64,000 nucleotides of DNA from Acidimicrobiia bacterium (GCA_028284765.1 JANQRA010000020.1:14513-78512), one strand, 5' to 3'; numbered from the stretch's first letter, positions 48,799 through 59,284 are shown. Made by a program: numbers and translations. Notes: generated by a model from the letters alone, not told the origin.

Positions 48799-49824
48799 GT
48801 GACGGATTTCGACACTGAAACCAAGACGGTGGTCATTCTGGACGGGAGTCTCCACCCATCAAACGACTTCAGCTCAGAGAGGGATCGGTGGGCCAAGAGG
48901 GGGATCGAACTGGTCTTGAAGGAGTGCCGAACCGAAGCAGACATCTTGGCGATGGATCTGGATGCTGACGCACTCGTGTACTGGGGTCTTGACGTGCCAA
49001 TCACCAGAAGGGTCATCGAGTCGCAGAGACGGTGTCGCATCATCATCAGGTACGGAACAGGTGTGGACTCCGTTGACCTCGACGCAGCGACCGAACACGG
49101 GATACCAGTCGCCATTCCCGCCGGATACTGCACCGACGAGGTCGCGCTCCATGCGACCACTCTCATGTTGACTCTGGCACGGCGGGTCTCCTTCCTCGAT
49201 CGTGTGATTGCTTCAGGTGGCTGGAGGGAGCCGTCTCCACATACAGACACCGTCGATCGACTATCGAATCAGACCCTGGGACTACTCGGCTTTGGTCGAA
49301 TCGCCCAGCAGGTGGCCAAGAACATGAAACCAATGGTGGCGGAAATTCTATGCGCAGACCCATTCGTCAGCGAAAGCGTCGCAGCCGCTCAAGGTGTCCA
49401 GAAGGTCGAATTCGACGAACTCCTCCGACAATCGGATTTCGTATCGGTGCACTTGCCCCTCACGGACGAAACCCTCGGAATACTCGGAAAGGATGAGTTC
49501 GAATTGATGAAATCAGGCTCCTATCTAGTCAACACAAGCCGTGGTCCAGTAATCGACGAGTCAGCGTTGGCTGAAGCCCTCGCTGGAGGCCAGCTCGCGG
49601 GCGCCGGACTCGACGTGTTCACCGTGGAGCCGTTACCGGCCGACAGTCCGCTTCGCGGTCTGCCGAATGTCGTCTTCACCCCTCACTTCGCTTCGAACTC
49701 AGAAGAGGCCAAGGAGGACATGTTTGAAGGTGTCGCAGATATTGTCGAGAAGTCGCTCTCCGGCAAGTGGCCGAACGGTGTCGTGAATCCTTCAGTCGAG
49801 CCGAGATTCGCCTTCGATGCTTGA
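48799..49824 (+). CDS. D-isomer-specific 2-hydroxyacid dehydrogenase (CtBP-like)
   Basis: RYGTGVD, YCTDEVALH, GFGRIA, NTSRG, LDVFTVEP, TPH. Confidence 0.9.
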   Translation: MTDFDTETKTVVILDGSLHPSNDFSSERDRWAKRGIELVLKECRTEADILAMDLDADALVYWGLDVPITRRVIESQRRCRIIIRYGTGVDSVDLDAATEHGIPVAIPAGYCTDEVALHATTLMLTLARRVSFLDRVIASGGWREPSPHTDTVDRLSNQTLGLLGFGRIAQQVAKNMKPMVAEILCADPFVSESVAAAQGVQKVEFDELLRQSDFVSVHLPLTDETLGILGKDEFELMKSGSYLVNTSRGPVIDESALAEALAGGQLAGAGLDVFTVEPLPADSPLRGLPNVVFTPHFASNSEEAKEDMFEGVADIVEKSLSGKWPNGVVNPSVEPRFAFDA

Positions 49825-49825
49825 A

Positions 49826-51442
49826 CTACATGGGGATCGTGGCGTCAATCAACAGAGGGCCTCGACGCTCCCTGACCAGAAGCTCCGCTGCGATGAGGTC
49901 GGCCTTCGATTTCACCGAAATCGACTCAGCTCCAAGAGCTCGAGCCACGCTGTGAGGAGAGGGCCACGGCATTGATGCGACCGATGGGTCTGAGCCCTTG
50001 GCCACCAGGGCTCGATGTTCGATTCCATAGCCGCCATCATTGAGAAGGCAGACCACCAAGTCGAGCCCAAGCGACACCGCCGTGTCGAGTGCATTGACCC
50101 CGCCCATCATCCATCCCCCGTCGCCCATGACCGCCACCGTCGGCCTTTTGGATGAAGCAACTCCCGCACCGATGGCAGCCGCCATCGAAAGCCCGACAGA
50201 CCCGAACGCTGCTGGCAAGACATGCGCCCTCGGATCGATCACGTCGAGGTGTCGAAGTGGCACCTCCATGAACCCGCCAACATCACAAACCACGATCCGA
50301 TCTGACGGCAACGTCTCGTTCAGCCAAATCATGAGGGCCCTCGGATCAATTGCCGAATCCGTGCTCACATCGACGAACTCATCGAGAGGCGATTGTGCGG
50401 CAAGCCGGTCCGCCACATCTCTTGATCCCCAAGGGCGGGGACTGTGGCCGGACTCGGCCAGAGCCTCATGCATCAGAGCGGCGGTGGTTCCCACATCTCC
50501 AATCACTCCGACATCCACCGCATACCAGCGCCCGAAGGCTTGCGGATCGGCATCTACCTGGATCACAGTTTTGCCATCCAACAACGAACCGTAGGACGTC
50601 GTGTAGCGGTTCAATCCCGCACCGAAGACCACGAGACAATCGGCTTCGCCGATCACCTCGGCGCTCGCCTGCGACGAGACGGTCCCACAGACACCGAGAT
50701 CGAGACTCTCGCCACGGAAAAGGCCTCTGGCTTTGAGAGTTGTGGCAACGGGAGCCCCAACGGCCTCGGCAAGGCGCAAAACGTCGCTGCGGGCTCCGGC
50801 GTCGACAACTCCCCTCCCAGCGATGACGACCGGCCTCTGCGCAGTGGCTATGACCCCGAGAGCCACATCCAGGGCCTCTTCGTCGGTTTGCGGTGCGATT
50901 CGGTGTGGCGTCGGCGCCGCCACGTCTTCTGGAATCACCTTGGCAGAGAGGATGTGCGTCGGAAGGTTGAGGACCACAGGCCGCCGCTCTCCAATGGCAA
51001 GCGCGTAGGCGCGGGCGAAGTCGTAGGCGACCCGCCCCGCGGACACGACCGAGACGAACTCAGCACCTGTCGGCGCAACGGTGGCCTCTTGGTCAATGGC
51101 TTGGTTGTGGGCAAGGTCAGACGGGTCGGTGTCCCCGCACAAGACGAGAAGTGGGGTGCGCGACCGGGCCGCCTCGTGGATCGCCGTGACGGCGTTGGTC
51201 AACCCAGGGCCGTGAGTGACGGCGGCGACGCCCACCCCTCCTGACACTCGCGAGAAACCATCAGCAGCAGATACTGCGATGTCCTCTCGGTTGACCGGAA
51301 TGTACGTAACACTCTCCTTGGACACGAGTGCATCGATAACGTCGAGGTTTCCGTCACCAAGCAAACCGAACACCGTGCCGATTCCGGCGCTCCCCATTGA
51401 TCGTGCCAATAGCTCATAAGCAGGAATGGGCGTGGCATTCAT
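49826..51442 (-). CDS. Thiamine-diphosphate-dependent enzyme (acetolactate synthase-like family)
   Basis: FGLLGDGN, NRED, THGPGLTN, GDGG...NDGGYG ThDP motif. Confidence 0.9.
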   Translation of the reverse strand: MNATPIPAYELLARSMGSAGIGTVFGLLGDGNLDVIDALVSKESVTYIPVNREDIAVSAADGFSRVSGGVGVAAVTHGPGLTNAVTAIHEAARSRTPLLVLCGDTDPSDLAHNQAIDQEATVAPTGAEFVSVVSAGRVAYDFARAYALAIGERRPVVLNLPTHILSAKVIPEDVAAPTPHRIAPQTDEEALDVALGVIATAQRPVVIAGRGVVDAGARSDVLRLAEAVGAPVATTLKARGLFRGESLDLGVCGTVSSQASAEVIGEADCLVVFGAGLNRYTTSYGSLLDGKTVIQVDADPQAFGRWYAVDVGVIGDVGTTAALMHEALAESGHSPRPWGSRDVADRLAAQSPLDEFVDVSTDSAIDPRALMIWLNETLPSDRIVVCDVGGFMEVPLRHLDVIDPRAHVLPAAFGSVGLSMAAAIGAGVASSKRPTVAVMGDGGWMMGGVNALDTAVSLGLDLVVCLLNDGGYGIEHRALVAKGSDPSVASMPWPSPHSVARALGAESISVKSKADLIAAELLVRERRGPLLIDATIPM

Positions 51443-51516
51443 GAAGAGCCCTCCGGACGTCCGATCGAGGCGCTTCCTACTTGTTCCACCATACGTCGGA
51501 CATTTAAACTGGACCG

Positions 51517-52233
51517 GTGACGACAGATCAAACACCTGCCTATCGAGCTATCTCTGATTCGATACGCAACGACATCCTCGCCCAACGCCTCGTGCCAGGA
51601 GATCGGCTACCTGTTGAGACTGAGCTGGCTGATCGGTTCAGCGTCAGCAGGTCCACGGTTCGTGAGGCACTCCGCGAACTTGCGTCACAAAACCTGGTCG
51701 TCACCACGCGAGGCGCCACCGGTGGAACGTTCGTCGTCGTGCCGAGCACTGAAAACCTCGCTCGCAGTCTCACCATCGGCATCGAAATGATGGCAGCAAG
51801 CACAGACCTGACTGTCCAGGAGATGTTGGAAGCCCGAGAATTCCTTGAACTCCCGGCGGCGAGGCTTGCAGCTGAGCGAGGGACGGAAGAGCAACACGAG
51901 CTCATTCGTGAATACCTCAGGTCGAGACAGGCAGACGAAGAGGCCGGTCGCGAGCTAATCGCCAATTGGCGATTGCACCAGCTCATTCTCAAGGCAGCCA
52001 ACAACCCCCTGCTCGAGCTGATGGCACAGCCAATCTTCCACGTGTTGCAAACGAGGTTCGCTCAGATATCCGCGCCATCGGGTTTTCGTCGGCAGGTGCT
52101 CCAAAACCACCGCGCCATTGCTGACGCGATCCTCAACCGGGACGCGGACCTTGCGGCTCAAGTCATGTTCGATCATCTCGAGTGGCTGAGACCGTCGTAT
52201 CAGGAGTTCGACACCCGCCTCGGCGGTCGATGA
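51517..52233 (+). CDS. GntR/FadR family transcriptional regulator
   Basis: GDRLPVETELADRFSVSRSTVREAL, RGATGGTFV, FCD domain. Confidence 0.92.
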   Translation: MTTDQTPAYRAISDSIRNDILAQRLVPGDRLPVETELADRFSVSRSTVREALRELASQNLVVTTRGATGGTFVVVPSTENLARSLTIGIEMMAASTDLTVQEMLEAREFLELPAARLAAERGTEEQHELIREYLRSRQADEEAGRELIANWRLHQLILKAANNPLLELMAQPIFHVLQTRFAQISAPSGFRRQVLQNHRAIADAILNRDADLAAQVMFDHLEWLRPSYQEFDTRLGGR

Positions 52234-53420
52234 AACCGCTTGCAGACATTCGAATAGTCGCCGTCGAGCAATACGGGGCAGGGCCCTACGGAAGCCTGTA
52301 CCTGGCAGATCTCGGAGCCGACGTGATCAAGGTCGAAGACCCTTCTTCGGGGGGCGATATCAGTCGATATGTGCCGCCGTTCCAACAAGGGACCGACTCG
52401 CTGTTCTACGAGACTTTCAATCGGAACAAGAGGTCGATATCCCTAGACCTTCACTCCCCTGAGGGTCGCTCCGTCTTCGAACGGCTGGTTGGAACAGCAG
52501 ATGCTGTCTACTCCAACCTGCGGGGCGACGTTCCGGCTCAGCTCAGAATCCGATACGAAGACCTTTCAGACATCAATCCCCAGGTCGTCTGTGTGAGTCT
52601 CTCTGGATACGGAGCAACAGGCCCCGGCTCGCACACGCCAGGCTACGACTACATCTTCCAAGCCACTTCCGGTTGGATGTCGATCACTGGCGATCCGGCA
52701 GGTCCGCCGTCGAAATCGGGGCTGTCTCTGGTCGACTTCTCAGGCGGTGTAGTGGCCGCGTTCACAGTCCTGGCTGCGATTCATGCCGCCCGACGAGATG
52801 GGCACGGCGGGGACTGTGATCTGAGCCTCAATGACGTAGCGACATCCCTCCTCACCTACGAAGCAACATGGGCACTCAACCGGGACTGGATTCCCCAACG
52901 ACGCGAGCGTTCGGCTCATCCGTCTCTAGTCCCCTTCCAGGCCTTTTCCGGAGGCGATGGCCAGTGGTTCATAGTCGCGTGCGCGAAAGAGAAGTTTTGG
53001 TCGTCGACAGTCGCAGCGCTTGACGACGCTCGATTGCTCTCTGAGGACTTCAAGAACTTCGAGAAGCGGCGACAAAGCAAATCTGAACTCATCCCAATTC
53101 TCGACGAGATCTTCGCAACGGCTCCGGGGGCTCATTGGGTGGGCGTACTCGGCGATGCCGGTGTGCCGGTTGGCGAAGTCAGGTCGGTCAAGGAAGTTCT
53201 ACAGGACCTCGAGCAAACCGGAAGCGACCTCCTGATCGAAGTCGAACACGAGGAGTTCGGAACGATCAAGGAGATCCGCACCCCTGTCCAAGTTGGTGAT
53301 GAACTGCCCGAAACGAGGCGCGCTCCTCGGCTTCACGAACACGGCGCCGAAATCCTCGCCGAACTCGGATATCAGGAGGCTGACATCCAGGAGTTGACTG
53401 CCGCGGGGGCATTCGGGTGA
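52230..53420 (+). CDS. CaiB/BaiF family III CoA-transferase
   Basis: GAGPYG, LADLGADVIKVE, NRNKRS, GYDYIFQA, SLVDFSGG. Confidence 0.92.
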   Translation: MKPLADIRIVAVEQYGAGPYGSLYLADLGADVIKVEDPSSGGDISRYVPPFQQGTDSLFYETFNRNKRSISLDLHSPEGRSVFERLVGTADAVYSNLRGDVPAQLRIRYEDLSDINPQVVCVSLSGYGATGPGSHTPGYDYIFQATSGWMSITGDPAGPPSKSGLSLVDFSGGVVAAFTVLAAIHAARRDGHGGDCDLSLNDVATSLLTYEATWALNRDWIPQRRERSAHPSLVPFQAFSGGDGQWFIVACAKEKFWSSTVAALDDARLLSEDFKNFEKRRQSKSELIPILDEIFATAPGAHWVGVLGDAGVPVGEVRSVKEVLQDLEQTGSDLLIEVEHEEFGTIKEIRTPVQVGDELPETRRAPRLHEHGAEILAELGYQEADIQELTAAGAFG

Positions 53421-54514
53421 TGAGAACCCTGAGTGCTCCGTTGTTGACAAAGATTGGAGCCGGCCTGGAAATCACCGAACTGACTCTCGACCCTCCCAAG
53501 GCCGAAGAGGTGCTGGTGAAGATGACGGCTTCGGGGGTTTGTCACAGTTGCCTCCACGCGATGGACGGCACTCACGGCGGAATGCCCCTGCCATTAGTCC
53601 TCGGCGATGAAGGTGCGGGGGTTGTCGAGGAGGTTGGTTCCTCTGTCAACGAGGTGAAGGTGGGAGATCACGTAGTGATCTCCTGGGCCCCGAATTGCGG
53701 AAGATGCAAGTTCTGCGTTTCTGGCAGGCCAGTGCTCTGTCATAGGGGCGCACCTGCCGGGCACCTGCCCGACGGATCGACCCGGTTCCATCGTGGCGGG
53801 CGGCCGGTCTACCACTTTGGACCGGCAACTTACTCTCCGTATACAGTCGTTCATTCGAGCGCCGCCATCCCCATCAGAAGAGACCTCCCACTTGACCTGG
53901 CTGCAATGATCGGTTGTGCCGTCGCGACTGGCGTCGGTGCGGTGGTGAACACCTCGGGGGCTCGACTCGGAGATTCAATTGCCGTCTTCGGATGCGGCGG
54001 CGTTGGGCTGAATGCTGTGCAAGGAGCCAGCCTCGTTGGTGCACACCCCGTCGTAGCCGTCGACCTGAATGACGACCGCCTCGATCTGGCAAGTCAGCTA
54101 GGTGCCACCCATCGAGTCCGCGCCGACTCTCCCGACTCTCTCGAACAGTTGATGGAGATCTCGGATGGTGGCTTCGATGTGACGATCCTCGCTGTTGGTG
54201 CCACTCGGGCCTTCGACCAAGCGTGGGAAGCAACAGGCCGCGGAGGCACATGTGTCATTGTCGGACGCACCCCCGACGGCGAGCGAACCGAGTTCAACCC
54301 ACAGACCATCCACACAGGAGAGAGACGGCTGGTGGGGTCGATCTACGGCTCGGTCAGACCATCTTTGGACTTTCCGAAGTTCGCAGACCTCGTAGCTGAG
54401 GGAGCTCTAGAACTCGAAGCGATGGTGACGAACCGCTACGCCATCGAACAGATAAACGAAGCGTTCGCCGACCTTGCGGGTGGACGTCTAGCGAGGGGCC
54501 TAATCGTCTTCTGA
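53417..54514 (+). CDS. Zn-dependent alcohol dehydrogenase (class III-like)
   Basis: GVCHS, CGRCKFCVSGRPVLC, GCAVATG, GCGGVG. Confidence 0.9.
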   Translation: MMRTLSAPLLTKIGAGLEITELTLDPPKAEEVLVKMTASGVCHSCLHAMDGTHGGMPLPLVLGDEGAGVVEEVGSSVNEVKVGDHVVISWAPNCGRCKFCVSGRPVLCHRGAPAGHLPDGSTRFHRGGRPVYHFGPATYSPYTVVHSSAAIPIRRDLPLDLAAMIGCAVATGVGAVVNTSGARLGDSIAVFGCGGVGLNAVQGASLVGAHPVVAVDLNDDRLDLASQLGATHRVRADSPDSLEQLMEISDGGFDVTILAVGATRAFDQAWEATGRGGTCVIVGRTPDGERTEFNPQTIHTGERRLVGSIYGSVRPSLDFPKFADLVAEGALELEAMVTNRYAIEQINEAFADLAGGRLARGLIVF

Positions 54515-55528
54515 ACGGGAGTGGAGCGCTCCAGCCAAGACTTTGGCGTGCATGATGAACTCAAGGGTGATTTCGAGTACGTCTGCTGAAGTGTCTTCGA
54601 CCCATGGGTGCCACCAGCCTTCAGGTTCCTGAGTGTCTGCGTACCACGCCGCCATCCGGTGGAGCCAATCCCGATACTGCTGCTCACCAGTGATTTGATA
54701 GAGAAGCGCGGCCCCCCAACTGCTCTTGCAAACCGACGGGTACTTGAACTGAGCCTCAGTACTCGCCATGGAGAAGTCTTGATAGCGACGAGCGAGATCC
54801 AGGTAGGCCGGCAAGGGCTCTGCCAGATAGAGACGCCCGAGGAATGCGGCTGCTATTCCTCCAAGGGTCCAACGCTGCATTCGATCGACCTGACTCGCAA
54901 CTACGAAACGCTGCTGAAAGCCTGGATCGGACTCCAAGATCACTCGCTGCTCGGATCGCGACCAGAAACAATAAAAGCGATCGGGGAGACTCTCCTGCGC
55001 CTCATAAACAGCCTTGAGAAATGCGGCAACCCGACGAGCTTCTTGGAGTCGCCCTGTGGCCAGAAGAGCGAACCCAGGTCCGGCCGCATAGGGGATGTCC
55101 ATCTCATCGCTACCCGTTCCGTCGGGCCGTCGATCGTTGGCGAAGCCTCCGGACACGGGGTCCTGCCATTCCACCATCGAGTCGACGAGCCCCAAAGAAA
55201 GGTCGTACTGAGCCAGCATGTGGGCCCCCACGATCAAGGCCGAGTCGCGATATGCCCATCCATCTTCAAGAACTCGGAGGTCACCCTGGACTCGACCGTC
55301 GCTGACCAAGTTCTGTCGAATCCAACGACACAACTCCAGAGCCGCCGATCGCTCACCCATGAGGGCTAGCGACCAAGGGCCGCGGTAGTACTTGTAGCCG
55401 AAGGCGGGGTCTCCGATGACACCAGAAGGGTGTTGTTGGGTCAGTATCCAGTCAGTGGCCCTTCTCGCGACGGTGTCTAGCTCGCGCACCGCCCTGCGAT
55501 CCTCCCCCGTGTTTGGGATTCCACTCAT
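54500..55528 (-). CDS. Hypothetical protein, probable (alpha/alpha) barrel (prenyltransferase/squalene-cyclase-like repeats)
   Basis: WILTQQHPSG, WQDPVSGGF, TQEPEGWW QxxxG-type repeats; helical; coupled to the upstream epimerase. Confidence 0.55.
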   Translation of the reverse strand: MSGIPNTGEDRRAVRELDTVARRATDWILTQQHPSGVIGDPAFGYKYYRGPWSLALMGERSAALELCRWIRQNLVSDGRVQGDLRVLEDGWAYRDSALIVGAHMLAQYDLSLGLVDSMVEWQDPVSGGFANDRRPDGTGSDEMDIPYAAGPGFALLATGRLQEARRVAAFLKAVYEAQESLPDRFYCFWSRSEQRVILESDPGFQQRFVVASQVDRMQRWTLGGIAAAFLGRLYLAEPLPAYLDLARRYQDFSMASTEAQFKYPSVCKSSWGAALLYQITGEQQYRDWLHRMAAWYADTQEPEGWWHPWVEDTSADVLEITLEFIMHAKVLAGALHSRSEDD

Positions 55529-56535
55529 CGGGTCGTCGCTCCCACCGCTTCGGCAATCATCTCAAACACCGTCCATTTCGGCTGATAGCCAAGAGTGCCG
55601 CGCGCCTTGCTGCTACTGACATACCAGCTGGGTCTCAACTCAGAATCGGATATCTCAACAACCTCGAGGTTGAGAACACGACCTATCTCCTCAACAATCT
55701 GCCGCTCGGTATGCGGAGCTGAGGGCCCGACGTTGAAAGCCTCTCCTTCAGCATCAGGGCTCTCGATCATCAAATGGATGGCACGGGCGATATCTCGGGC
55801 GTCAGTGATCATCGTCAGACTGGAGCGACCCTTCAGATCGGTACGCAGGAGAAGCTTCTGGGCTCTCTTCTCGATGCTCAATAGCTCGCGCAATAGACCT
55901 TCGCTGCGGCCATCCTGCGCACGCGTCTGAAGCCACGCGATGGCGGAGTCAAGAAACCACCTTCTCCCGAAGGGACTCTTCGGGTCGATCAACTCTTCAG
56001 GGCTGGCCGTCGCTGTGGGCCGAACGATGGTGAATGGGAGGCCGTAGCTCCTCCAAAACGCTCTACACATTGCCTCTGCTCCGACTTTGGTGGCTCCATA
56101 CACGGAACCCGCGACCAATGGGTGGTTCTCGTCGACGGGGAGATAGTCGGGTTGTCCGGTGAGAGCCGGCCAATAGACGGCATCACTCGATACGTAAACG
56201 AAACGACCCGCATCTGGTGCGTGGTCTCGAGTCGCATTGAGCAGGTTGTAGGTCCCGTTGAAGTTGACCTCGACGTAACGGTCGTCATCTACATCGTGTG
56301 TGGTCAGAGCCGCGGCAAGGTGGCACACGATGTCAACGCCGGACACCGCTGGCTCGAGTGAGCTCGGTTCACCCAGATCACCGCGGAAAACAGCCACGGG
56401 CACGTCGGCTCCAAGTGCGTCTAGCGCCTTATCGCCTGGAAGACCGAACCCCCGGACTTGATGACCGGCCTCACAGAGTCTCCTGACCAACTGGGATCCG
56501 ATGCGACCGCTCGCTCCAGTCACCAGAACTCTCAT
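55525..56535 (-). CDS. NAD-dependent epimerase/dehydratase
   Basis: TGASGRIG, HLAA, SSDAVY, YGATK. Confidence 0.9.
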   Translation of the reverse strand: MRVLVTGASGRIGSQLVRRLCEAGHQVRGFGLPGDKALDALGADVPVAVFRGDLGEPSSLEPAVSGVDIVCHLAAALTTHDVDDDRYVEVNFNGTYNLLNATRDHAPDAGRFVYVSSDAVYWPALTGQPDYLPVDENHPLVAGSVYGATKVGAEAMCRAFWRSYGLPFTIVRPTATASPEELIDPKSPFGRRWFLDSAIAWLQTRAQDGRSEGLLRELLSIEKRAQKLLLRTDLKGRSSLTMITDARDIARAIHLMIESPDAEGEAFNVGPSAPHTERQIVEEIGRVLNLEVVEISDSELRPSWYVSSSKARGTLGYQPKWTVFEMIAEAVGATTR

Positions 56536-56713
56536 TGGGATTCAGGACGAGTGCCGTCAAACACTCTGATCCGTGCGTCACGGTGTCTCATCGCACTCCG
56601 CCCCGTTCATTGTCGGACTTATGACCGCAATGCGACCTTAGCTGCCCCCTACCCAATATCCCCTGCGAGTAAGCCGGAATCTCTTGGAACCAATACCAAC
56701 CAGCACGGCCGAT

Positions 56714-57253
56714 ATGGCAAATGCTATTGTCCGACGTATCGACGGAGTCAGTGATATCAAGGTTGCTTTCCTGAACGGCCCGATTGCCACCGTCATCGGA
56801 TACTTCGAACAGAAAACCGATGTCACCGAGGCAGGTGCTCGAGTCGACGTGAGGCGGACATCAATCATCGAAGGGCCGCGACACCACAGAGGCGCGGAGG
56901 GTGTCGCCATCGCTCCCGTCGGAGGCGGCGGAGGACTCTGGCGCGCCGATCTCCTAGTTGAACTCGAGACCCAAAAGAGCTGTTTCCACTATCACCCGGC
57001 GTTCCGAGACGACGACGTCGGCGACCGATTCTTCGATGAGCAGCTGGATGCTGACCCTTTGGGCTGGATCGAAAGTCGTCTAGAAGACTTGCCATCTCTC
57101 CTGGAAGAGGCTTCCGCACCAGACCTGACTCCGATGGTCGACCTCCACCAGCACCAGCGCAGCATCCACTTCATGATGTCGCTGATCGAGTCTGCGTTGG
57201 CACGGGTACCACTGGCCCGAACCGCACCCCAGGAGCTACTTGAAAATGTCTGA
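56714..57253 (+). CDS. Hypothetical protein
   Basis: Protein-like ~180-aa ORF (FHYHP...DPLGWIESRLEDL) filling the gap before the ABC operon; no family recognised. Confidence 0.65.
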   Translation: MANAIVRRIDGVSDIKVAFLNGPIATVIGYFEQKTDVTEAGARVDVRRTSIIEGPRHHRGAEGVAIAPVGGGGGLWRADLLVELETQKSCFHYHPAFRDDDVGDRFFDEQLDADPLGWIESRLEDLPSLLEEASAPDLTPMVDLHQHQRSIHFMMSLIESALARVPLARTAPQELLENV

Positions 57254-57327
57254 CATTCGGAATGAACGGCGGGAGAGGAGATACGGCGAGGAACGCGAAA
57301 ACCTTCTGACAAAACCTCAGAAGACAG

Positions 57328-57370
57328 TTGACGTCGTCTCATCCCACCCCCTAAATTCAAAATGTCAGGC
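57328..57370 (+). promoter_or_regulatory. Sigma70-like promoter with downstream operator-like motif
   Basis: TTGACG-N18-TAAATT followed by CAAAATGTCAGGC. Confidence 0.45.
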
Positions 57371-57490
57371 TATTGACTTAAGGCAGCTGACAAGAGAAAA
57401 GGCCGCCTGTTGGTCAGTCTCCCGAGAGCGACGTCACGTTGCCCTGGGGAAGCGGGCCGCCTGGCAAGCCTGTACGAGGAGGAACGGCAA

Positions 57491-59239
57491 ATGACACGAT
57501 CCGGGCAGAAACCTTGGCGAAAGCTATTGCTATTAGCGATGGTCTTCGCCCTCGTTGTCGCGGCGTGTTCTGGCGAGACCACGGACACAACCGAAGGCGG
57601 CGAGACAACCGATACCACAGAGGCAGACTCCACAGATACCACCGACGGTTCCAGCGACACGACTGAACCGGACGATGGTGGTGAGGAGTTGGTCCTACAG
57701 GCAGTCATGTCCGAGGAGGCCACGGACCTGAACCCACTGACGACCGGTCAGCAGGGTAAGGGCCACGTCTTCCAGGCCATATTCATGCCACTGTTGGAGA
57801 CTGACAACGAAAAGCAGATCTACTCGAGAACCCTCGAGTCCTGGTCCATGTCGGAAGACGCCAGAACCGCAACGCTGGTTCTGAAGAGCGACGTTGAATG
57901 GAACGACGGGACCCCGATGACGTCCGAAGACGTGTACATGTCATTGACGATGTACCTCGACGCCAACATCAGCAACCGGGCAAACCGGATTGGTGGAGTG
58001 TTGGGTCAACAGGCGTTCATCGACGGAACTGCGGACACCATCGAAGGTTTGACCATCGTCGATGAGCAGACGGTCACCGTGGATTTGGAGAACCCAGATG
58101 CCGCGTGGCTGCCGAACATCGCCGCACAAGCCGAGGACCTCCCGATCCTCCCCCACCATGTGTTGGGAGATGTACCGCACTCAGAAATGCTCGACAACGA
58201 GTACTTCCGGACCTATCCCGTTTCGAGCGGGCCGTACCAGCTAGTTCAGTTCGTTGACGGCCAGTTCGCAGAGTTCGTCCGTAATGACAACTGGTCACTG
58301 GGTACACCAGGATTTGACCGTGTGTTCTTCAGGATCGTCTCAACCGATGTGATGGCCGCTCAGTTGGAGACAGGTGAGATTCAGGTCATGTTCCCGGTCG
58401 ACCCGGCGGATGTGGATCGCATCAGCGGCATCGACGGCGTCACTGTTGGTTCAGAGCAGGGCATCGCACCTGAGCTGTGGTCAATCATGTTTGACGATGA
58501 AGAGCTCGACGCTCGAGTTCGACAGGCGATGCTGCATGCAATCGACAGAGAGGCAATCTGCCAAGAGGCGATGGCCGGATACTGCTCGACGCCTATCACC
58601 AACATCCGACAGATCGCACCCGAGTGGTCCATTCCGACAGTCGAGGAATACCCCGACCTGATCGAATACACCTACGACCCCGACCGTGCCCGTGAACTCC
58701 TCGCCGAGGCGGAGGCAGACGGTGCGTGGGATCCGGACACGGAGTTGATCTTCAACGCCCGCCCAGGTCGTAGCTATGTCGACACAGCGATCGCTATCGC
58801 TCAAGCACAGATGGCGGAAGTGGGGATCAACTGGACGATCATCAACACCGACACCGGTGGTCTGATCGACAACATCCGGGAACAGCCCCTCGGAACCATT
58901 GATGGATTCTGGGTCAGCGGAGCCGACTTCACAGTCGACCCGAGTGCTGTGCAGGTCTACACAAGCTGTGAGAACGCCCGTACCGGCGCCAACCTGATCT
59001 CCTATTGCCGTCCTGAGTTGGACGAGCTGTGGGCGGCCGGGCGCCAGACATCGGTCCAAGAAGAGAGAGCCGAGATCTACCACGAGGCATTCCGATTCCT
59101 CAACCAGGATCCGGCAGAGATCTATCTCTACATCGTCGACTCGATCATCGCCTTTGACTCCCGCATCGAGGGAATCAAGCCGCACGGTGGCATTGGCCAG
59201 CCGTACTGGAACATCGGCGAATGGACGTGGAACGGATAG
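57491..59239 (+). CDS. ABC transporter substrate-binding lipoprotein (family 5)
   Basis: GAGGAGG RBS, lipobox VVAAC, WNDGTPMTSEDV, SGPYQ, RVRQAM. Confidence 0.92.
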   Translation: MTRSGQKPWRKLLLLAMVFALVVAACSGETTDTTEGGETTDTTEADSTDTTDGSSDTTEPDDGGEELVLQAVMSEEATDLNPLTTGQQGKGHVFQAIFMPLLETDNEKQIYSRTLESWSMSEDARTATLVLKSDVEWNDGTPMTSEDVYMSLTMYLDANISNRANRIGGVLGQQAFIDGTADTIEGLTIVDEQTVTVDLENPDAAWLPNIAAQAEDLPILPHHVLGDVPHSEMLDNEYFRTYPVSSGPYQLVQFVDGQFAEFVRNDNWSLGTPGFDRVFFRIVSTDVMAAQLETGEIQVMFPVDPADVDRISGIDGVTVGSEQGIAPELWSIMFDDEELDARVRQAMLHAIDREAICQEAMAGYCSTPITNIRQIAPEWSIPTVEEYPDLIEYTYDPDRARELLAEAEADGAWDPDTELIFNARPGRSYVDTAIAIAQAQMAEVGINWTIINTDTGGLIDNIREQPLGTIDGFWVSGADFTVDPSAVQVYTSCENARTGANLISYCRPELDELWAAGRQTSVQEERAEIYHEAFRFLNQDPAEIYLYIVDSIIAFDSRIEGIKPHGGIGQPYWNIGEWTWNG

Positions 59240-59252
59240 GACCTCCTCCTAC

Positions 59253-59284
59253 GTTGGGGCTCTGCCTGGTGGCAGAGCCCCAAC
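59253..59284 (+). terminator. Hairpin after the substrate-binding gene
   Basis: GTTGGGGCTCTGCC-tggt-GGCAGAGCCCCAAC perfect 14-bp inverted repeat. Confidence 0.65.
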
